DNA of 63,886 nucleotides, counting the filler, from an uncultured bacterium (lineage in GTDB: Bacteria; DAOPZR01), in assembly GCA_964637655.1 (NCBI GenBank). It is 3 parts of 3 records of this genome, joined end to end, with 100 filler letters (N's around TTAATTAATTAA, not from the genome) between each part and the next. Parts side by side here need not be neighbours in the genome. Positions count along the whole stretch, not along the records: positions 1 to 25,258 come from CAZWUZ010000019.1; 2 more parts are not named here. The stretch is one strand, 5' to 3'. A model generated the notes under the pieces. It saw only the letters and a list, made by a program, of their open reading frames with translations. It had not been told where the DNA came from and did not search any database. The first letter of the stretch is position 1. Each line of letters starts with the position of its first letter. This document shows positions 1 to 10,762 of the stretch, piece by piece. Both the position numbers and the translations under genes were made by a program.

Positions 1-2
1 CC

Positions 3-872
3 CCCAGTTTCACTTATAAAAATTCAGCGCTATATAACACCGATTGCCTGAATTGGCTTGACGCGCAAAAAGATCTATCCATTCACGCGGTCATAACTGA
101 TCCACCATACGGCTTGCATGAGTATTCGGTCGAACAACAGGATAAATTGCGCAATGGACGCGGGGGCGTGTGGCGTATTCCACCATCCTTTGATGGTGTC
201 AAACGTTCACCGTTGCCGAGGTTTACCGTTCTTACCAAGTACCAACTGGACGAGCTACAGGAGTTTTTCTACGCTTGGGGCCGCAAACTCCTTCCCAAAT
301 TAGTCCCCGGCGCCAATGTAATAGTCGCCTCCAATCCATTGCTGTCATACATCGTTTCAGCGGCGCTTTCTCAGGCCGGCCTTGAGCGGCGCGGAGAAAT
401 TATTCGGTTGGTGATGACTATGCGGGGCGGCGACCGCCCAAAATCAGCCCACACAGAATTTAGTGATGTCAGCGTCATGCCCCGCTCCATGTGGGAACCT
501 TGGCTTGTGTATCGCAGGCCAATTGAAGGAAGAGTCCAAGACAATTTACGCCGTTGGAAGACTGGCGGTTTCCGCCGACCGGCAACCGACAAACCATTCG
601 GAGACGTTATACATTCTTCACCAACACGGACCAACGAACGAAAAATCGCGCCACATCCAAGCCTAAAACCGCAGGCGTTTATGCGACAACTTGTTCGCGC
701 AAGCCTTCCGCTCGGTGAAGGAACAATTGTTGATCCTTTCGCCGGCTCCGGTTCCACGCTCGCGGCAGCATTAGCAAACGGCTACAACAGTATCGGGATC
801 GAGAAAGACCCTCATTTTTATCGTCTCGCATGCAAAGCCATACCACGGTTATCATCGTTGCCCATACAGTAG
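3..872 (+). CDS. N4-C/N6-A DNA methyltransferase (beta class), 5' end outside window
   Basis: Frame is open upstream of the listed ORF (114) and reads DCLNWL...IHAVITDPPY (DPPY at 99-110). C-terminal HPSLKP and DPFAGSGST SAM-binding motif; catalytic motif precedes the SAM motif. Confidence 0.9.
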   Translation, partial: PSFTYKNSALYNTDCLNWLDAQKDLSIHAVITDPPYGLHEYSVEQQDKLRNGRGGVWRIPPSFDGVKRSPLPRFTVLTKYQLDELQEFFYAWGRKLLPKLVPGANVIVASNPLLSYIVSAALSQAGLERRGEIIRLVMTMRGGDRPKSAHTEFSDVSVMPRSMWEPWLVYRRPIEGRVQDNLRRWKTGGFRRPATDKPFGDVIHSSPTRTNERKIAPHPSLKPQAFMRQLVRASLPLGEGTIVDPFAGSGSTLAAALANGYNSIGIEKDPHFYRLACKAIPRLSSLPIQ

Positions 873-888
873 GAGTATCACAGGAGTA

Positions 889-1506
889 TCACAAACGGTA
901 AATCCAGTTGGCACGAAGTTTATGGATACCATCCTTGTGTAGCGTTGCCGTACGAGTGCCTAGTTCGCCACGTGCATTTTTCCGAAAATCATCCACTTGC
1001 ACAAGGCCCAAGTATACTTCTGTAAACTGCAACGGATTGCGCTGGATAGCCGGTTCAGTTAAATTGTCAAGATCGTAGACAAACACACACATCCATTGAT
1101 CGCGAGCACCATGTGTGTCTACCGCCCCTCCACTTTTTCGGGTCGTTTTAATTTCTATTCCTTCCGTACCAGATTTTACAGCATTATCCTTATACACTCC
1201 CTGCACGACAAGGTCTGGATGTCCGTTGAAATATCCATTTTCCACTAGAGTTCTGGCATGTTGCGCTAAACTTGCTGTCAACATATCTGATAACACCCCC
1301 GACATAATCGCCGGTCGGAGCATATCATCCAAACGCTGTAGTCCCTTACCGATAAGAAAACCATTAACGTCGTGAAGAAAATCATAAACATCCTGCATTG
1401 CCATCGCAAAATCAGCATGTCGCAATCCATAAGGCATAACAGCTGCCTGATTAAATTTCCCCTGCGCAACTTTCTGCCTTACCTGTTTTACTTTAGTTAT
1501 AGCCAT
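889..1506 (-). CDS. Putative restriction endonuclease (PD-(D/E)xK-like)
   Basis: HPDL...GIEIK motif; convergent with the MTase; same AT-richer block. Confidence 0.55.
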   Translation of the reverse strand: MAITKVKQVRQKVAQGKFNQAAVMPYGLRHADFAMAMQDVYDFLHDVNGFLIGKGLQRLDDMLRPAIMSGVLSDMLTASLAQHARTLVENGYFNGHPDLVVQGVYKDNAVKSGTEGIEIKTTRKSGGAVDTHGARDQWMCVFVYDLDNLTEPAIQRNPLQFTEVYLGLVQVDDFRKNARGELGTRTATLHKDGIHKLRANWIYRL

Positions 1507-1636
1507 CGTTTTGCCTCCAAATAATCCTATAGCATGATGCGTTTAGAAAATCAATTGCGTTATCAGCAAACCACGATATATTTCCACCCATTTCCACCCA
1601 ATGCACAAACTCTGTAACTCATTGAGCATCGTCAGG

Positions 1637-1669
1637 CACCAACCTGTGACACTTTGTCACGGGTTGGTG
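1637..1669. terminator. Hairpin, probable terminator downstream of the D-aminoacylase gene
   Basis: caccaacctgtgaca-ctt-tgtcacgggttggtg, a 15-bp stem with one G-U pair. Confidence 0.4.
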
Positions 1670-1700
1670 TGCATTTTACCCCGAACACCTTAACCATCCA

Positions 1701-3263
1701 CTATAGTACTCGCCCGGGGCAGGCACACACACGTATTCCGTCATACGCGAGAATGCCGTTGACCCAGACCGCACGCACGCCGGTGGGGGTCTGTTCAGGT
1801 TCTGCATAGGTCGCGCGCGGGGCGAAGCGCGGCAGGTCGAGCAGCACCAGGTCAGCAACCGCACCGACGGCGATATGCCCGCGGTCATGCAGCCCGAACC
1901 GTTCCGCGCCCTGCGTGCTCATCTTCCACAGCGCTTCACCCGCGGTCAATCCGTCGCGACCGCGCGTGACAGCGCGGAAGTACGCGGGCATGGTGCCGAA
2001 CGCGCGCGGGTGCATCCCCTTGCCGAACAATCCGTCGCTGCCGGGCACCGCCAGCGGCTCGCGGCAGAGTCGCGCCACGCGCCGCTCGTCCATCGAGAAC
2101 ATCAGCATTCCCGCCTGCCCCTGCTCGTCGGCAATAACGCGGCAGAGTGCACTCACCACGTCGGTATGCAGCCGTCGCGCGCCTTCCGCGATGCTGCGCC
2201 CCGCCAGGCGGCGATGCACGCGCAGGTTGGTCAGCCGGATGCGGTCCGTACCGATAGTCCGCAGAAAATTTTCCCAGTCAGTTGCCGGTTGCGCCAGTTC
2301 CTCACGCAGTCGTGCCACCACCTGCGGGTCGCGCAGCCGCGCGCAGAGCGCCGCCGGGCCGCCCGCCTGCACCCACGGCGGCAACAGCGCATTAGCAGTC
2401 GTACTCCCCGCCGCGTACGGACTGATGTCGAACCCGACATCCTGCCCGCGGCGGCGCGCGGCGCGCACCACGCGCGCGAGAGTATCGTACTTATGCCAGT
2501 TGGCACGCCCATACGCCTTGAGATGCGATAGTTCCACGCGCAGCGGCAGGCCGCGCGTCAGCGCCAGCACGCGCTGCACACTCTCCACCGTCTGGTTGCC
2601 TTCGTCCCACCCGTGCACCGCCAGTACCCGCCCGGGAAACTCCGCCAGCACCCGCAACGCGGCACGCAGTTCCGTCTCGTCAGCGTAACTGCACGGGGGA
2701 TAGATCATGCCGAGCGACAGCCCGCGTGTCCCCAGCGCCAGTTCCGTGCGCAACTGCCGCGCCAGCGCGCGGCGTTCCGCTGCTGTCAGCGGACGCGACG
2801 CGTTGCCGGCAGCATACAGGCGCAACGTGCCATACGTGGATAGCGGCGCGAGATTGACCGGCGTCCGTCCCGTCACAGCACGTGCATAGCCGGACAGCGT
2901 CCGCCACGTCACCGCCCCGTCACCGAATACCCCGCGATACCCCTGCAGATAGGCACGCGCGGCCGCAGTGCTGCGGAACGGAAATACCCCGAGCCCGCAA
3001 TTGCCGGTAATCTCCGTCGTGATTCCCTGCGCGATTTTGGCCAGGGCGCGCTTGCCGCGCAGGAGATACAATTCGCTGTGGGTATGGGCGTCGATGAACC
3101 CGGGGGAAAGGGTCAACCCGCGCCCGTCGATGACCCGGCGGGCGGGCGGGGCAGACAATGCCGTGCCAAGATACGCGATGCGCTTGCCGCGCACCCCGAC
3201 CGACAGACGGCGGAGATTCTTCTCCTGCAGGCAATTCACGTTATCAATGCGGAAATCAAGCAT
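1701..3263 (-). CDS. N-acyl-D-amino-acid deacylase (amidohydrolase 3 family)
   Basis: PGFIDAHTHS, QGITTEITGNCG, LSHLK, GSDG, HPRAFGT and RGHIAVGAVADLV motifs. Confidence 0.85.
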   Translation of the reverse strand: MLDFRIDNVNCLQEKNLRRLSVGVRGKRIAYLGTALSAPPARRVIDGRGLTLSPGFIDAHTHSELYLLRGKRALAKIAQGITTEITGNCGLGVFPFRSTAAARAYLQGYRGVFGDGAVTWRTLSGYARAVTGRTPVNLAPLSTYGTLRLYAAGNASRPLTAAERRALARQLRTELALGTRGLSLGMIYPPCSYADETELRAALRVLAEFPGRVLAVHGWDEGNQTVESVQRVLALTRGLPLRVELSHLKAYGRANWHKYDTLARVVRAARRRGQDVGFDISPYAAGSTTANALLPPWVQAGGPAALCARLRDPQVVARLREELAQPATDWENFLRTIGTDRIRLTNLRVHRRLAGRSIAEGARRLHTDVVSALCRVIADEQGQAGMLMFSMDERRVARLCREPLAVPGSDGLFGKGMHPRAFGTMPAYFRAVTRGRDGLTAGEALWKMSTQGAERFGLHDRGHIAVGAVADLVLLDLPRFAPRATYAEPEQTPTGVRAVWVNGILAYDGIRVCACPGRVL

Positions 3264-3356
3264 GGACAGACAGTAGCATACTCAAGGGCAAAAGCAAAAA
3301 GCGGCGGGAAAAGCGCCAAAATGAAAGTTTGTCAATTTGTCAACACCCGTCTCCGG

Positions 3357-4412
3357 CTATTTCAGCAGCGCGGTCACCTTGCGGATGATGCCGTTGAGGG
3401 GAACCTGATGGTCGACCACCTGTTCCTTCGCCGCGATACCGGGCATGCCGTAGACGACACTCGTCTCCTGGTCCTGCCCCACGGTCACTCCGCCCGCCGC
3501 GCGCAACTCCTTCAGTCCGTCCACGCCGTCGCGTCCCATGCCGGTCATAATGACACCGATTGCCTTGCGCCCGTAGACCTGGGTCACGGAACGGAACAGC
3601 ACCGTCGCCGACGGGCGATGCCCGTCCACCTTGTCAGTCACCGAGAGCACCGTGCGCACCTGCGTGCCGCTGCGTGTCACCAGCAGGTGACGGTCTCCCG
3701 GCGCAATGTACACATGGTTGGGCAGCACCGGTTCGCCGTCCTTTGCCTCCGTCACCGTCAGTTTCGTCAGCCGGTTGAGCCGCTCGGCAAACGCCCCGGT
3801 GAACTCCTTCGGCATGTGCTGCACAATCAGCAGCGGCGGGAACTGTTCCGGCAGTTCCGGGAAAATCTGCGCCAGCGCCGCCGGGCCGCCGGTGGAAATG
3901 CCGAGCGCCACCGCCGCCCCCGTGAGCGCCCCCGCGGCGGGCGCGGCGACAACCGGCGGTACCGCCGCCGGCCGCGGGGCATACAGCCGGGCGAGGCGCG
4001 CCCCGAGATTCTGCTGACGGATGGCCTTGACCTTGGCGCAGAGTTCCTCGCCCATGCCGCGGATGCCCTGCGGACCCTCGACCAGCGGCTTGGGAAAATA
4101 GTCGACCGCGCCCGCCTCAAGGCATTTGAAGGTCAGGTCGGCACCCGCCTGGGTCAGCCCCGAAAGCATGATGACCGGCCGCGGGGACTCCGTCATGATT
4201 TTTTTCAACGCCGTGAAGCCGTCCATCACCGGCATATCGACATCGAGAGTGACAACGTCAGGGTTCAGTTCGGCGATGCGCGCGAGCGCCAGCTGCCCGT
4301 TGGGCGCGGTGCCGACGACCTCGATGCCCGCATCGGCATTCAGGACATCGCTGATGATCTTGCGCAGCAGGGCGGAGTCGTCGACGACGAGGACACGGAT
4401 CTTCCCGTTCAC
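3357..4412 (-). CDS. cheB: Chemotaxis methylesterase CheB (REC + esterase)
   Basis: VLVVDDS REC domain; GISTGGP, VQHMP and MTGMGRDG catalytic motifs. Confidence 0.97.
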   Translation of the reverse strand: MNGKIRVLVVDDSALLRKIISDVLNADAGIEVVGTAPNGQLALARIAELNPDVVTLDVDMPVMDGFTALKKIMTESPRPVIMLSGLTQAGADLTFKCLEAGAVDYFPKPLVEGPQGIRGMGEELCAKVKAIRQQNLGARLARLYAPRPAAVPPVVAAPAAGALTGAAVALGISTGGPAALAQIFPELPEQFPPLLIVQHMPKEFTGAFAERLNRLTKLTVTEAKDGEPVLPNHVYIAPGDRHLLVTRSGTQVRTVLSVTDKVDGHRPSATVLFRSVTQVYGRKAIGVIMTGMGRDGVDGLKELRAAGGVTVGQDQETSVVYGMPGIAAKEQVVDHQVPLNGIIRKVTALLK

Positions 4413-4888
4413 AGGGTCACCGTTTCCTTCCCCATCACCGTCACCGTCATCTGCCCGGTGGCGGGGTCGAAGAGCATCTTCCGCCCGCTGTTACCGCCGC
4501 AATGCTCCGCGCGCAACGGGATGTTCGCCGCCCGGAGCAGTTCCTTCACCCTCGCCACGTTGCGGTTGCCGATGTCAAGCAGCGTCTCGTTGGCCGGCTT
4601 GAGTTTGAACATCGCCGCGCCACCCGCGATTTTCGCCAGCAGCGCGCCGCGCGACGCGCCCTTGCGCTGCAGCTGCTCGATGAGCGCGGGAAGCGCCGTG
4701 TCGGCGAATTTGCCGGGGAGCGGCGGGGCGGGCAGGTCACTGGCCGGGAGCATGATGTGCGCGAGCGCAGCAAGGTGCGCATTCGGGTCGAAGAGCACCA
4801 GCCCGACACAGGAGCCGAGGATGGTCTGCAGCTGGTCGGGCGGCGCGGCGACCTTGAGGTCGCCCATGCCGACGTTCAGCGTCGCCAT
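4409..4888 (-). CDS. cheD: Chemoreceptor glutamine deamidase CheD
   Basis: LGSCVG, AHIMLP, KIAGGAAMF and IGNRN motifs. Confidence 0.95.
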   Translation of the reverse strand: MATLNVGMGDLKVAAPPDQLQTILGSCVGLVLFDPNAHLAALAHIMLPASDLPAPPLPGKFADTALPALIEQLQRKGASRGALLAKIAGGAAMFKLKPANETLLDIGNRNVARVKELLRAANIPLRAEHCGGNSGRKMLFDPATGQMTVTVMGKETVTL

Positions 4889-4889
4889 C

Positions 4890-5747
4890 TCATTCCGTCC
4901 GCTGGTAGATGGAGGGTTTCAGGGTGCGGTACTTCAAATTGAGTCCCATCATCCCCTCGGCTGCGCCGAGCAGCAGGTAGCCGTCCGGCACCAGCGCGTC
5001 ATACAGGTTGGTCAGCACCTGCTTTTTGCTCGTCTCATCGAAGTAGATGAGCACGTTGCGGCAGAAGATGATGTCGTATTTCTGCCCCGTCACCTTCTGC
5101 ATCAGGTTGTGCGTGCGGAACTGCACCATGGCGCGGATGGCCGGCGCGAGGTGATACTCCTCCTGCACCGACGCCGCATGGTCGATCACCGCGCGTCCCC
5201 TGCCGTCCACCTGCCGCACGGTGAAATACTTCTTCACCAGCGCCGGGTCGGTGCGGCTCACCGCGTAAGGGCGGTAGACCGCCGCCTTCGCCCGCGCCAG
5301 CACTTCGCTGTTGATGTCGCTGGCGTGGATGGTCGCGTGCCAGCCGGCCGGCAGGCGCTCCTTGAGGAACATGGCGATGGTATACGGTTCTTCGCCCGTC
5401 GAGCAGGCCGCACTCCAGACCTTGAGCGATTTGGTTTTCGCGTTGCGCGCCAGGAGCGCGGGGAGCATGTCGCTGTGGAAGTATTCCCACTGGCGGGGCT
5501 CGCGGAAGCAGTAGGTCTCGTTGGTGGTGATGGCGTCGATGCACGTGACGAGTTCGCCGTTGTTCTTCACCACGTAGTCGTAGTAGGCGCGGTAGGTGGG
5601 GAGGTTGAGGTCGCGCAGCCGCGTGCGCAGGCGGTTGGCGACCAGCGACATCTTGCTCTCCTTGAGGAAGATGCCCGTCCGCTGGTACATCAGTTCCTTG
5701 AACAGGGTGAATTCGGCTGCCGACAGCACCGGCGCGTCGGTCAGCAT
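4890..5747 (-). CDS. cheR: Chemotaxis methyltransferase CheR
   Basis: TTNETY.FRE, WSAACSTGEEPY and DIIFCRNVLIYF motifs; start placed at ATG 5747 to avoid overlapping the MCP. Confidence 0.96.
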   Translation of the reverse strand: MLTDAPVLSAAEFTLFKELMYQRTGIFLKESKMSLVANRLRTRLRDLNLPTYRAYYDYVVKNNGELVTCIDAITTNETYCFREPRQWEYFHSDMLPALLARNAKTKSLKVWSAACSTGEEPYTIAMFLKERLPAGWHATIHASDINSEVLARAKAAVYRPYAVSRTDPALVKKYFTVRQVDGRGRAVIDHAASVQEEYHLAPAIRAMVQFRTHNLMQKVTGQKYDIIFCRNVLIYFDETSKKQVLTNLYDALVPDGYLLLGAAEGMMGLNLKYRTLKPSIYQRTE

Positions 5748-5754
5748 GCGCTGC

Positions 5755-7644
5755 TCACTTTCCGCGCAGCAGCGGCTTGCACTCAATAAGCAGCCGCACC
5801 ACGTCCTGCGACACGCGATGGAACTCCCCGTGCAGCAGTTCCTGCTTCGCCGCGTCCATGCGCCCCGCCTTGATCAGGTCGATAATGCTTCCCACCGTGG
5901 CGTGGAAGTGCCGGTGTTCGGTGACCAGCCGGTCGAAGACAGGATTCCCCTTGAGCCGCTCGCCGTCCGTGCCGAACATCCACTTGCCGAGGTCGCAGGC
6001 ATGGTCGACCGACGCCGCTGCCCGGTCCGGAAGTTCACCGCCGTTGGCAGCGTTGAACAGGCGGGTTTTCCAGCGCAGGTGCGCCGCCACGCCCTTATCG
6101 ATGACCGTCGGCTCCCCCACGGTAAACATCGTCGTCAGGGAGAGCATCAGGTCGGCTTCACCCGCCAGCGCACGGGTCTGCCCGGCAATGGTAGTGGCCG
6201 CACCGGCGTTTTCCTCCGTCACTGACGCGCTGCTCTGGATGGCCTTGGCCACCTCGTCAGCGGTGTTCGCCTGCTCTTCCGCCGCCTGCGAAATCTGCGC
6301 CACTGCCCCCGCGGTCTTGTTGACCTCGCTGATGATGCTGCCGAGCACCGTTCCCGCCTGCTCGGCAAGTTTCGCCCCCTCATGCGCCTTGCCTGAACTT
6401 TCACCAATCAGTTTGGCGGTTTCGCGCGCCGCCTGCGCCGAGCGTTCGGCCAGTTTGCGTACCTCGTCGGCGACCACGGCAAACCCCATACCATGCTCGC
6501 CTGCCCGCGCCGCCTCGATGGCGGCATTGAGCGCCAGCAGGTTGGTCTGGTCGGCGATTTCGCTGATGGTGGCGACGATCTCGGTCACCTGCTCGGAACT
6601 GCGCGCAATCTGTTTCGTCGCCTCGATCGAGGCATGCACCGCGCGGTCACCTTCGGCGGCAATACCCGAGGCGGTCTCCGCCACCCCCTGCACCTGCCCG
6701 GCGCTGCGCGCCACTTCGGCAATCGAGGAATTGAGTTCCTCCACCGACGCGGAGAGTTCTTCCATGGTCGACGCCTGGTTCTGCGCCCCCTGCGCCACGT
6801 TCCCTGTGCCGGCAAGAATTTCCCCCGCCCCGTCCTGAATCATCTGTGCGCCCGCACGGTACTGCCCGATAAGCGTTTCGAGATTGTCACACAGGTGGTT
6901 GATGCCTGCCGCAAGCAGTCCGATTTCACCGCTGCCGGCCGGCGCGCGCACGGTCAGGTTGCCTTCCGCCACCTGCTGCAGGCAGGTCACCGCCCCCTGC
7001 AGCGGCTGCGTCACCTGCCGGCGCACAAAGAGCGCGGCCAGCAGCAGGATGAGCGCGCCCAGCAGCACCACCACCGCGGTAAGCAGCAACACCTGATGGT
7101 TGGCGGCGGTGGCCACATCATCGAGGTAGACCCCGGTACCGACCACCCAGTCCCACGGGGCAAAACGCGCAACATAGGATACTTTCGGCACCGGGTTTTC
7201 ACCCGCAGCACGCGGCCAGCGGTAGGCAACCACCCCGCTGCCGTCCGCTTTACAGACACGCACGAATTCGCGGAAGTAGTAGACCCCGTCCTCGTCCGCG
7301 GTGCTGCTCATGTCCTTGCCGACGAGGTCGGGACGGGCGGGATGCTCGACCAGGCGGCACTGCATGTCGTTCACCCAGAGATAATTGCCCCCGCCATAAC
7401 GCATGGCCCGCAGCACCGCCCGCGCCTGCACCTGCGCCGCTTCGCGGGTCAGTTCCCCCGCCTGCTCGCGCGCGTGCACTTCCTGCAGCATCCCGAGCGC
7501 GGCGTCGACCATGGCGCGGCACTGCGCCTCACGCTCAACCCGCAGCGAACTGCGGGTGGCCGTTGCTACGGTCGCAACAACCGCCAGCAGCAGGCAGAGC
7601 AATCCCGCCCCGATGCCGAGCATAAGTTTCTTCTGTAAGGTCAC
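5755..7644 (-). CDS. Methyl-accepting chemotaxis protein: single Cache sensor, HAMP, signalling domain, C-terminal CZB zinc-binding domain
   Basis: Two TM helices around [13 protein letters not shown]...[28 protein letters not shown] hairpin tip; HLRWK...CDLGKW...HRHFH. Confidence 0.93.
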   Translation of the reverse strand: MTLQKKLMLGIGAGLLCLLLAVVATVATATRSSLRVEREAQCRAMVDAALGMLQEVHAREQAGELTREAAQVQARAVLRAMRYGGGNYLWVNDMQCRLVEHPARPDLVGKDMSSTADEDGVYYFREFVRVCKADGSGVVAYRWPRAAGENPVPKVSYVARFAPWDWVVGTGVYLDDVATAANHQVLLLTAVVVLLGALILLLAALFVRRQVTQPLQGAVTCLQQVAEGNLTVRAPAGSGEIGLLAAGINHLCDNLETLIGQYRAGAQMIQDGAGEILAGTGNVAQGAQNQASTMEELSASVEELNSSIAEVARSAGQVQGVAETASGIAAEGDRAVHASIEATKQIARSSEQVTEIVATISEIADQTNLLALNAAIEAARAGEHGMGFAVVADEVRKLAERSAQAARETAKLIGESSGKAHEGAKLAEQAGTVLGSIISEVNKTAGAVAQISQAAEEQANTADEVAKAIQSSASVTEENAGAATTIAGQTRALAGEADLMLSLTTMFTVGEPTVIDKGVAAHLRWKTRLFNAANGGELPDRAAASVDHACDLGKWMFGTDGERLKGNPVFDRLVTEHRHFHATVGSIIDLIKAGRMDAAKQELLHGEFHRVSQDVVRLLIECKPLLRGK

Positions 7645-7674
7645 GATGCCGTCTCCGTTCGTGTCAGTTCCGCG

Positions 7675-8163
7675 TCACAGCGCGGCGATGCGGTCCTGTT
7701 CCTGCGCCGAGAGAATCCGGTCGAGGTCGAGCAGGATGAGCAGGCGACCCTGCACCTTGCCCACCCCCTGCAGGTACTCATGGCCGATGCCCGCGACCAC
7801 CGGGGGCGGCGGTTCGATCTGCTCCTCGGCGAGGCGCATGACTTCGCTCACCCCGTCGACGACCACCCCCATGACGCGGCTGGCCACGTTGACCACGACG
7901 ATGCGCGTCTGTCCCGTATGCTCGGCGCTGCCCAGCGCGAAGCGCTTGCGCAGGTCGATGACCGGGATGACATTGCCGCGCAGATTGATGACCCCCTCGA
8001 TGAAGTCGGGCATCTGCGGGACGCGCGTGACCTCCTGGTAGCGGATGATCTCCTGCACGCGCATGATGTCGACCCCGTACTCCTCCTGCCCGAGCGTAAA
8101 GGTGACCAGCTGGCGCAGGCGGGCACTGTCGCTTTCCGTGCCGTGTTTGTGTGCGGTTGCCAT
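7675..8163 (-). CDS. cheW: CheW
   Basis: EEYGVDIMRVQEII and GVINLRGNVIPVIDLR motifs. Confidence 0.96.
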   Translation of the reverse strand: MATAHKHGTESDSARLRQLVTFTLGQEEYGVDIMRVQEIIRYQEVTRVPQMPDFIEGVINLRGNVIPVIDLRKRFALGSAEHTGQTRIVVVNVASRVMGVVVDGVSEVMRLAEEQIEPPPPVVAGIGHEYLQGVGKVQGRLLILLDLDRILSAQEQDRIAAL

Positions 8164-8173
8164 GCTCTCCTCC

Positions 8174-9712
8174 TCAGACCTTGAAGTGCTCGACGAGTTT
8201 GCGCAGCGTCTCCGCCTGCGAGGCCAGTTCCTCCGAGGCGCTCGCCATCTGCTCCGCCGTGCCCGCGTTCTCCTCGGTGATGCTGCTGACGTTCTGCACC
8301 GCCTTGGCGACCTCGTCCGCCGTCGCCGTCTGTTCCTCGGTCGCCGACGAGATCTGCGCGATGGCGCCCGCGGTCTTCTCGACGCTGCCGACGATCTGCG
8401 TCAGTCCCGTCCCTGCCTGCTCGGCGAGTTTCGTCCCCTCCTGCACCTTCCCCGTGCTGTCCTTGATCAGCCCGGTGATCTCACGTGCCGCCTGCGACGA
8501 GCGCTCGGCAAGCTTGCGCACCTCGTCAGCCACCACGGCAAAGCCCATGCCATGCTCGCCCGCACGCGCCGCCTCGATGGCGGCATTGAGCGCCAGCAGG
8601 TTGGTCTGGTCGGCAATCTCGCTGATGGTGCCGATGATCTCGGCGATCTGCTCGGAACTGCGCGCGATCTGCTTGGTCGCCTCGACGGAACTGCCCACCG
8701 CGCGGCCGCCGTCATCCGCCTGCCGTGAGGTCTCCTCGGCCAGGGTGTTGGCATTCTGCGCGCTCTTAGCCACATCGGCGATGGACGATGTCAGTTCCTC
8801 GACCGACGCGCTGATTTCCTCGACCGTCGAGGCCTGGTTCTGTGCCCCCTGCGACACGCTCTGCGCGTTGGAGGAGAGTTCCTCTGACGACGCGGCGATC
8901 TGCTCCGCCGCCGCGCGCACGTTGCTGATGACCTTGGAGACGTCCTCGACCATCCTGTTGAGCGTCTGTGCCACTTCCCCGAACTCGTCCCGCGTGGCGA
9001 CATTGACCCGCTCGGTCATGTTGCCGCCGGCAACGCTCACCGCCGCGCGCTGCACTTCGGTCAGCACCGCCACGATGCTGCGCACGATCCACAATCCGAT
9101 GCCCAGGGCAATAAAGAAACCGACGATCGCCAGCACCACCATCGTGGTTCCCTGCCGTACAGTCGCCGTGTTGTTTTCCTCCGCCATTTCCTCGACATCC
9201 TTGGCCAGTGCCTCCGACAGAGCTTCAAGTGCATTGTTATAGGCAAGCGCCGCCTCTCTCCCCTCACCGTCGATCAGCGCCCACCCTTCCTCGTCCCGGT
9301 TCTGCTGCGCCATCTCTATCAACTTGTTCTGACTGTCAATAAACCGTTCCCGGGCGGCCATAAACACTTCCCATTGCGCCTTGTTGTCGGCATGGAACGC
9401 CCCCTCCTCGAACATCGGCGCGAGTACCTTGACGTTTTCCCTGATATCATCGCGATACTTCATCATGCGATCGATATTTCCTTTGATTTCATCCGCCGCA
9501 TTATGCCGTAACGCGTCCCGCAGTTCGACCCGGACACGGTTGAACGCCTGGGCAATCGACCCCAGGTTCTCGATTGGCACCACCCCGTACGCGTACATGT
9601 TCGCACCGTCGGATCCAGACTCGCGCAACCCGAGGAAACCGTACGTTCCGATTGCCAGCGCAATCAGCGCCACGAGGATGAACCCGCCCAGCAATTTCGT
9701 CCTGACTTTCAT
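8174..9712 (-). CDS. Methyl-accepting chemotaxis protein with four-helix-bundle sensor
   Basis: [11 protein letters not shown]1, helical periplasmic domain, HAMP (DEFGEVA), signalling hairpin. Confidence 0.94.
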   Translation of the reverse strand: MKVRTKLLGGFILVALIALAIGTYGFLGLRESGSDGANMYAYGVVPIENLGSIAQAFNRVRVELRDALRHNAADEIKGNIDRMMKYRDDIRENVKVLAPMFEEGAFHADNKAQWEVFMAARERFIDSQNKLIEMAQQNRDEEGWALIDGEGREAALAYNNALEALSEALAKDVEEMAEENNTATVRQGTTMVVLAIVGFFIALGIGLWIVRSIVAVLTEVQRAAVSVAGGNMTERVNVATRDEFGEVAQTLNRMVEDVSKVISNVRAAAEQIAASSEELSSNAQSVSQGAQNQASTVEEISASVEELTSSIADVAKSAQNANTLAEETSRQADDGGRAVGSSVEATKQIARSSEQIAEIIGTISEIADQTNLLALNAAIEAARAGEHGMGFAVVADEVRKLAERSSQAAREITGLIKDSTGKVQEGTKLAEQAGTGLTQIVGSVEKTAGAIAQISSATEEQTATADEVAKAVQNVSSITEENAGTAEQMASASEELASQAETLRKLVEHFKV

Positions 9713-9760
9713 GTTTCCTTCCTCCTTGACCGTATGGTCATTGTCATTGGTGGTACTGGT

Positions 9761-10135
9761 CTATGCTTTCACCGCGAGGCGGCGCAGCGTAGCCGCCACC
9801 TCGTCCCCGTTGAACGGCTTGGTCAGGTAGGCGCCCGCCCCGAGCGCCAGCGCCTGCTCGGTGATTTCCTGCTGCTCGAGCGCCGAGATGATAGCCACCC
9901 GCACGCGCGGGAACTTTCGTTTGATTTCCCCCAGCAGGGTGATCCCCGCGGGCACCTGGCTGTCATCGAGCGTCAGGTCGAGGCAGACGATATCGGGCTG
10001 CTTCTCCTCCACCAGCGGCAGCACATCGGCCGGTTTAGCCGCCTCCGCCACCACCGTAAACCCGATGCGCACGACGATGTCGCGCAGCATCATGCGCATG
10101 ATCAGCGCGTCATCCACCAGCATTACCTTGGCCAT
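9761..10135 (-). CDS. cheY: CheY-like response regulator
   Basis: Single REC domain (VDD, PDIVCLD, SAL, KPF) inside the che cluster. Confidence 0.85.
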   Translation of the reverse strand: MAKVMLVDDALIMRMMLRDIVVRIGFTVVAEAAKPADVLPLVEEKQPDIVCLDLTLDDSQVPAGITLLGEIKRKFPRVRVAIISALEQQEITEQALALGAGAYLTKPFNGDEVAATLRRLAVKA

Positions 10136-10136
10136 G

Positions 10137-10760
10137 TCAGGCCCCCTGCCCTGCCGTCCGGTCGAGATGCGCGTCGATGATCTCGAGGAACCCGGGTGAC
10201 GGAATGAAGAAGAAATACTCCTCGAAATCGAGGTCGTCCTTGGAAAAGCGGGTGCGGGCGAGCAGCGCCTCGTCCCCGACCAGCGCGTGTTCCATCACCA
10301 CCTGTTCGATGATCGAACCGGTGTAGTCGATGAGAAAGAGCGGGGTCGAAGTGGAGATCGGCTGGTCGAGCGCCTGCGCGAGGATGTTCATGAAGGTGGA
10401 GCCGAGGATGTTCCCCGTCTCCATGATCACCGACTGCTCCGCCTCGCCCCACGCCTGGCTCTCGCCGATGACGCGGTGGAAGACGAGGTCGACGAAGACC
10501 CCCGCCGACAGTTCGGGAAAGAGGAAGAGCACGTGCCCCTGCACCGTGCTCTGCACCGGCAGCAGCGTGGCGACACTGTAGAGGTCGGGCCCGCCGGCCG
10601 CCTGTGCCACGTCAGTCAGCGGCACGTAGCCGATGTCGAGGAACTGCACCGAAAAGGCATGCCCCGTCCACTTCGACACCTTGTCGGAGACCGCCGCGGC
10701 GGCGCGGTTGAAGATATCCGCGAGAAACGCGTGCTGGCGCGGCGTCAGAACCGTGGCCAT
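10137..10760 (-). CDS. cheC: CheC family phosphatase
   Basis: SVIMETGNIL (ExxN) motif; lies between cheA and cheY; first repeat degenerate (DIFN). Confidence 0.85.
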   Translation of the reverse strand: MATVLTPRQHAFLADIFNRAAAAVSDKVSKWTGHAFSVQFLDIGYVPLTDVAQAAGGPDLYSVATLLPVQSTVQGHVLFLFPELSAGVFVDLVFHRVIGESQAWGEAEQSVIMETGNILGSTFMNILAQALDQPISTSTPLFLIDYTGSIIEQVVMEHALVGDEALLARTRFSKDDLDFEEYFFFIPSPGFLEIIDAHLDRTAGQGA

Positions 10761-10762
10761 GG

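Noticed and set aside
3078-5789. Long antisense ORFs (903 aa here; also 42064-44307, 53069-55108, 25508-27187 and others)
   Set aside because: Shadows of high-GC genes on the opposite strand; no motifs recognised.
6480-8660. Near-identical DNA stretches at about 6480-6610 and 8520-8660
   Set aside because: Conserved signalling hairpins of two paralogous MCPs, not a mobile repeat.
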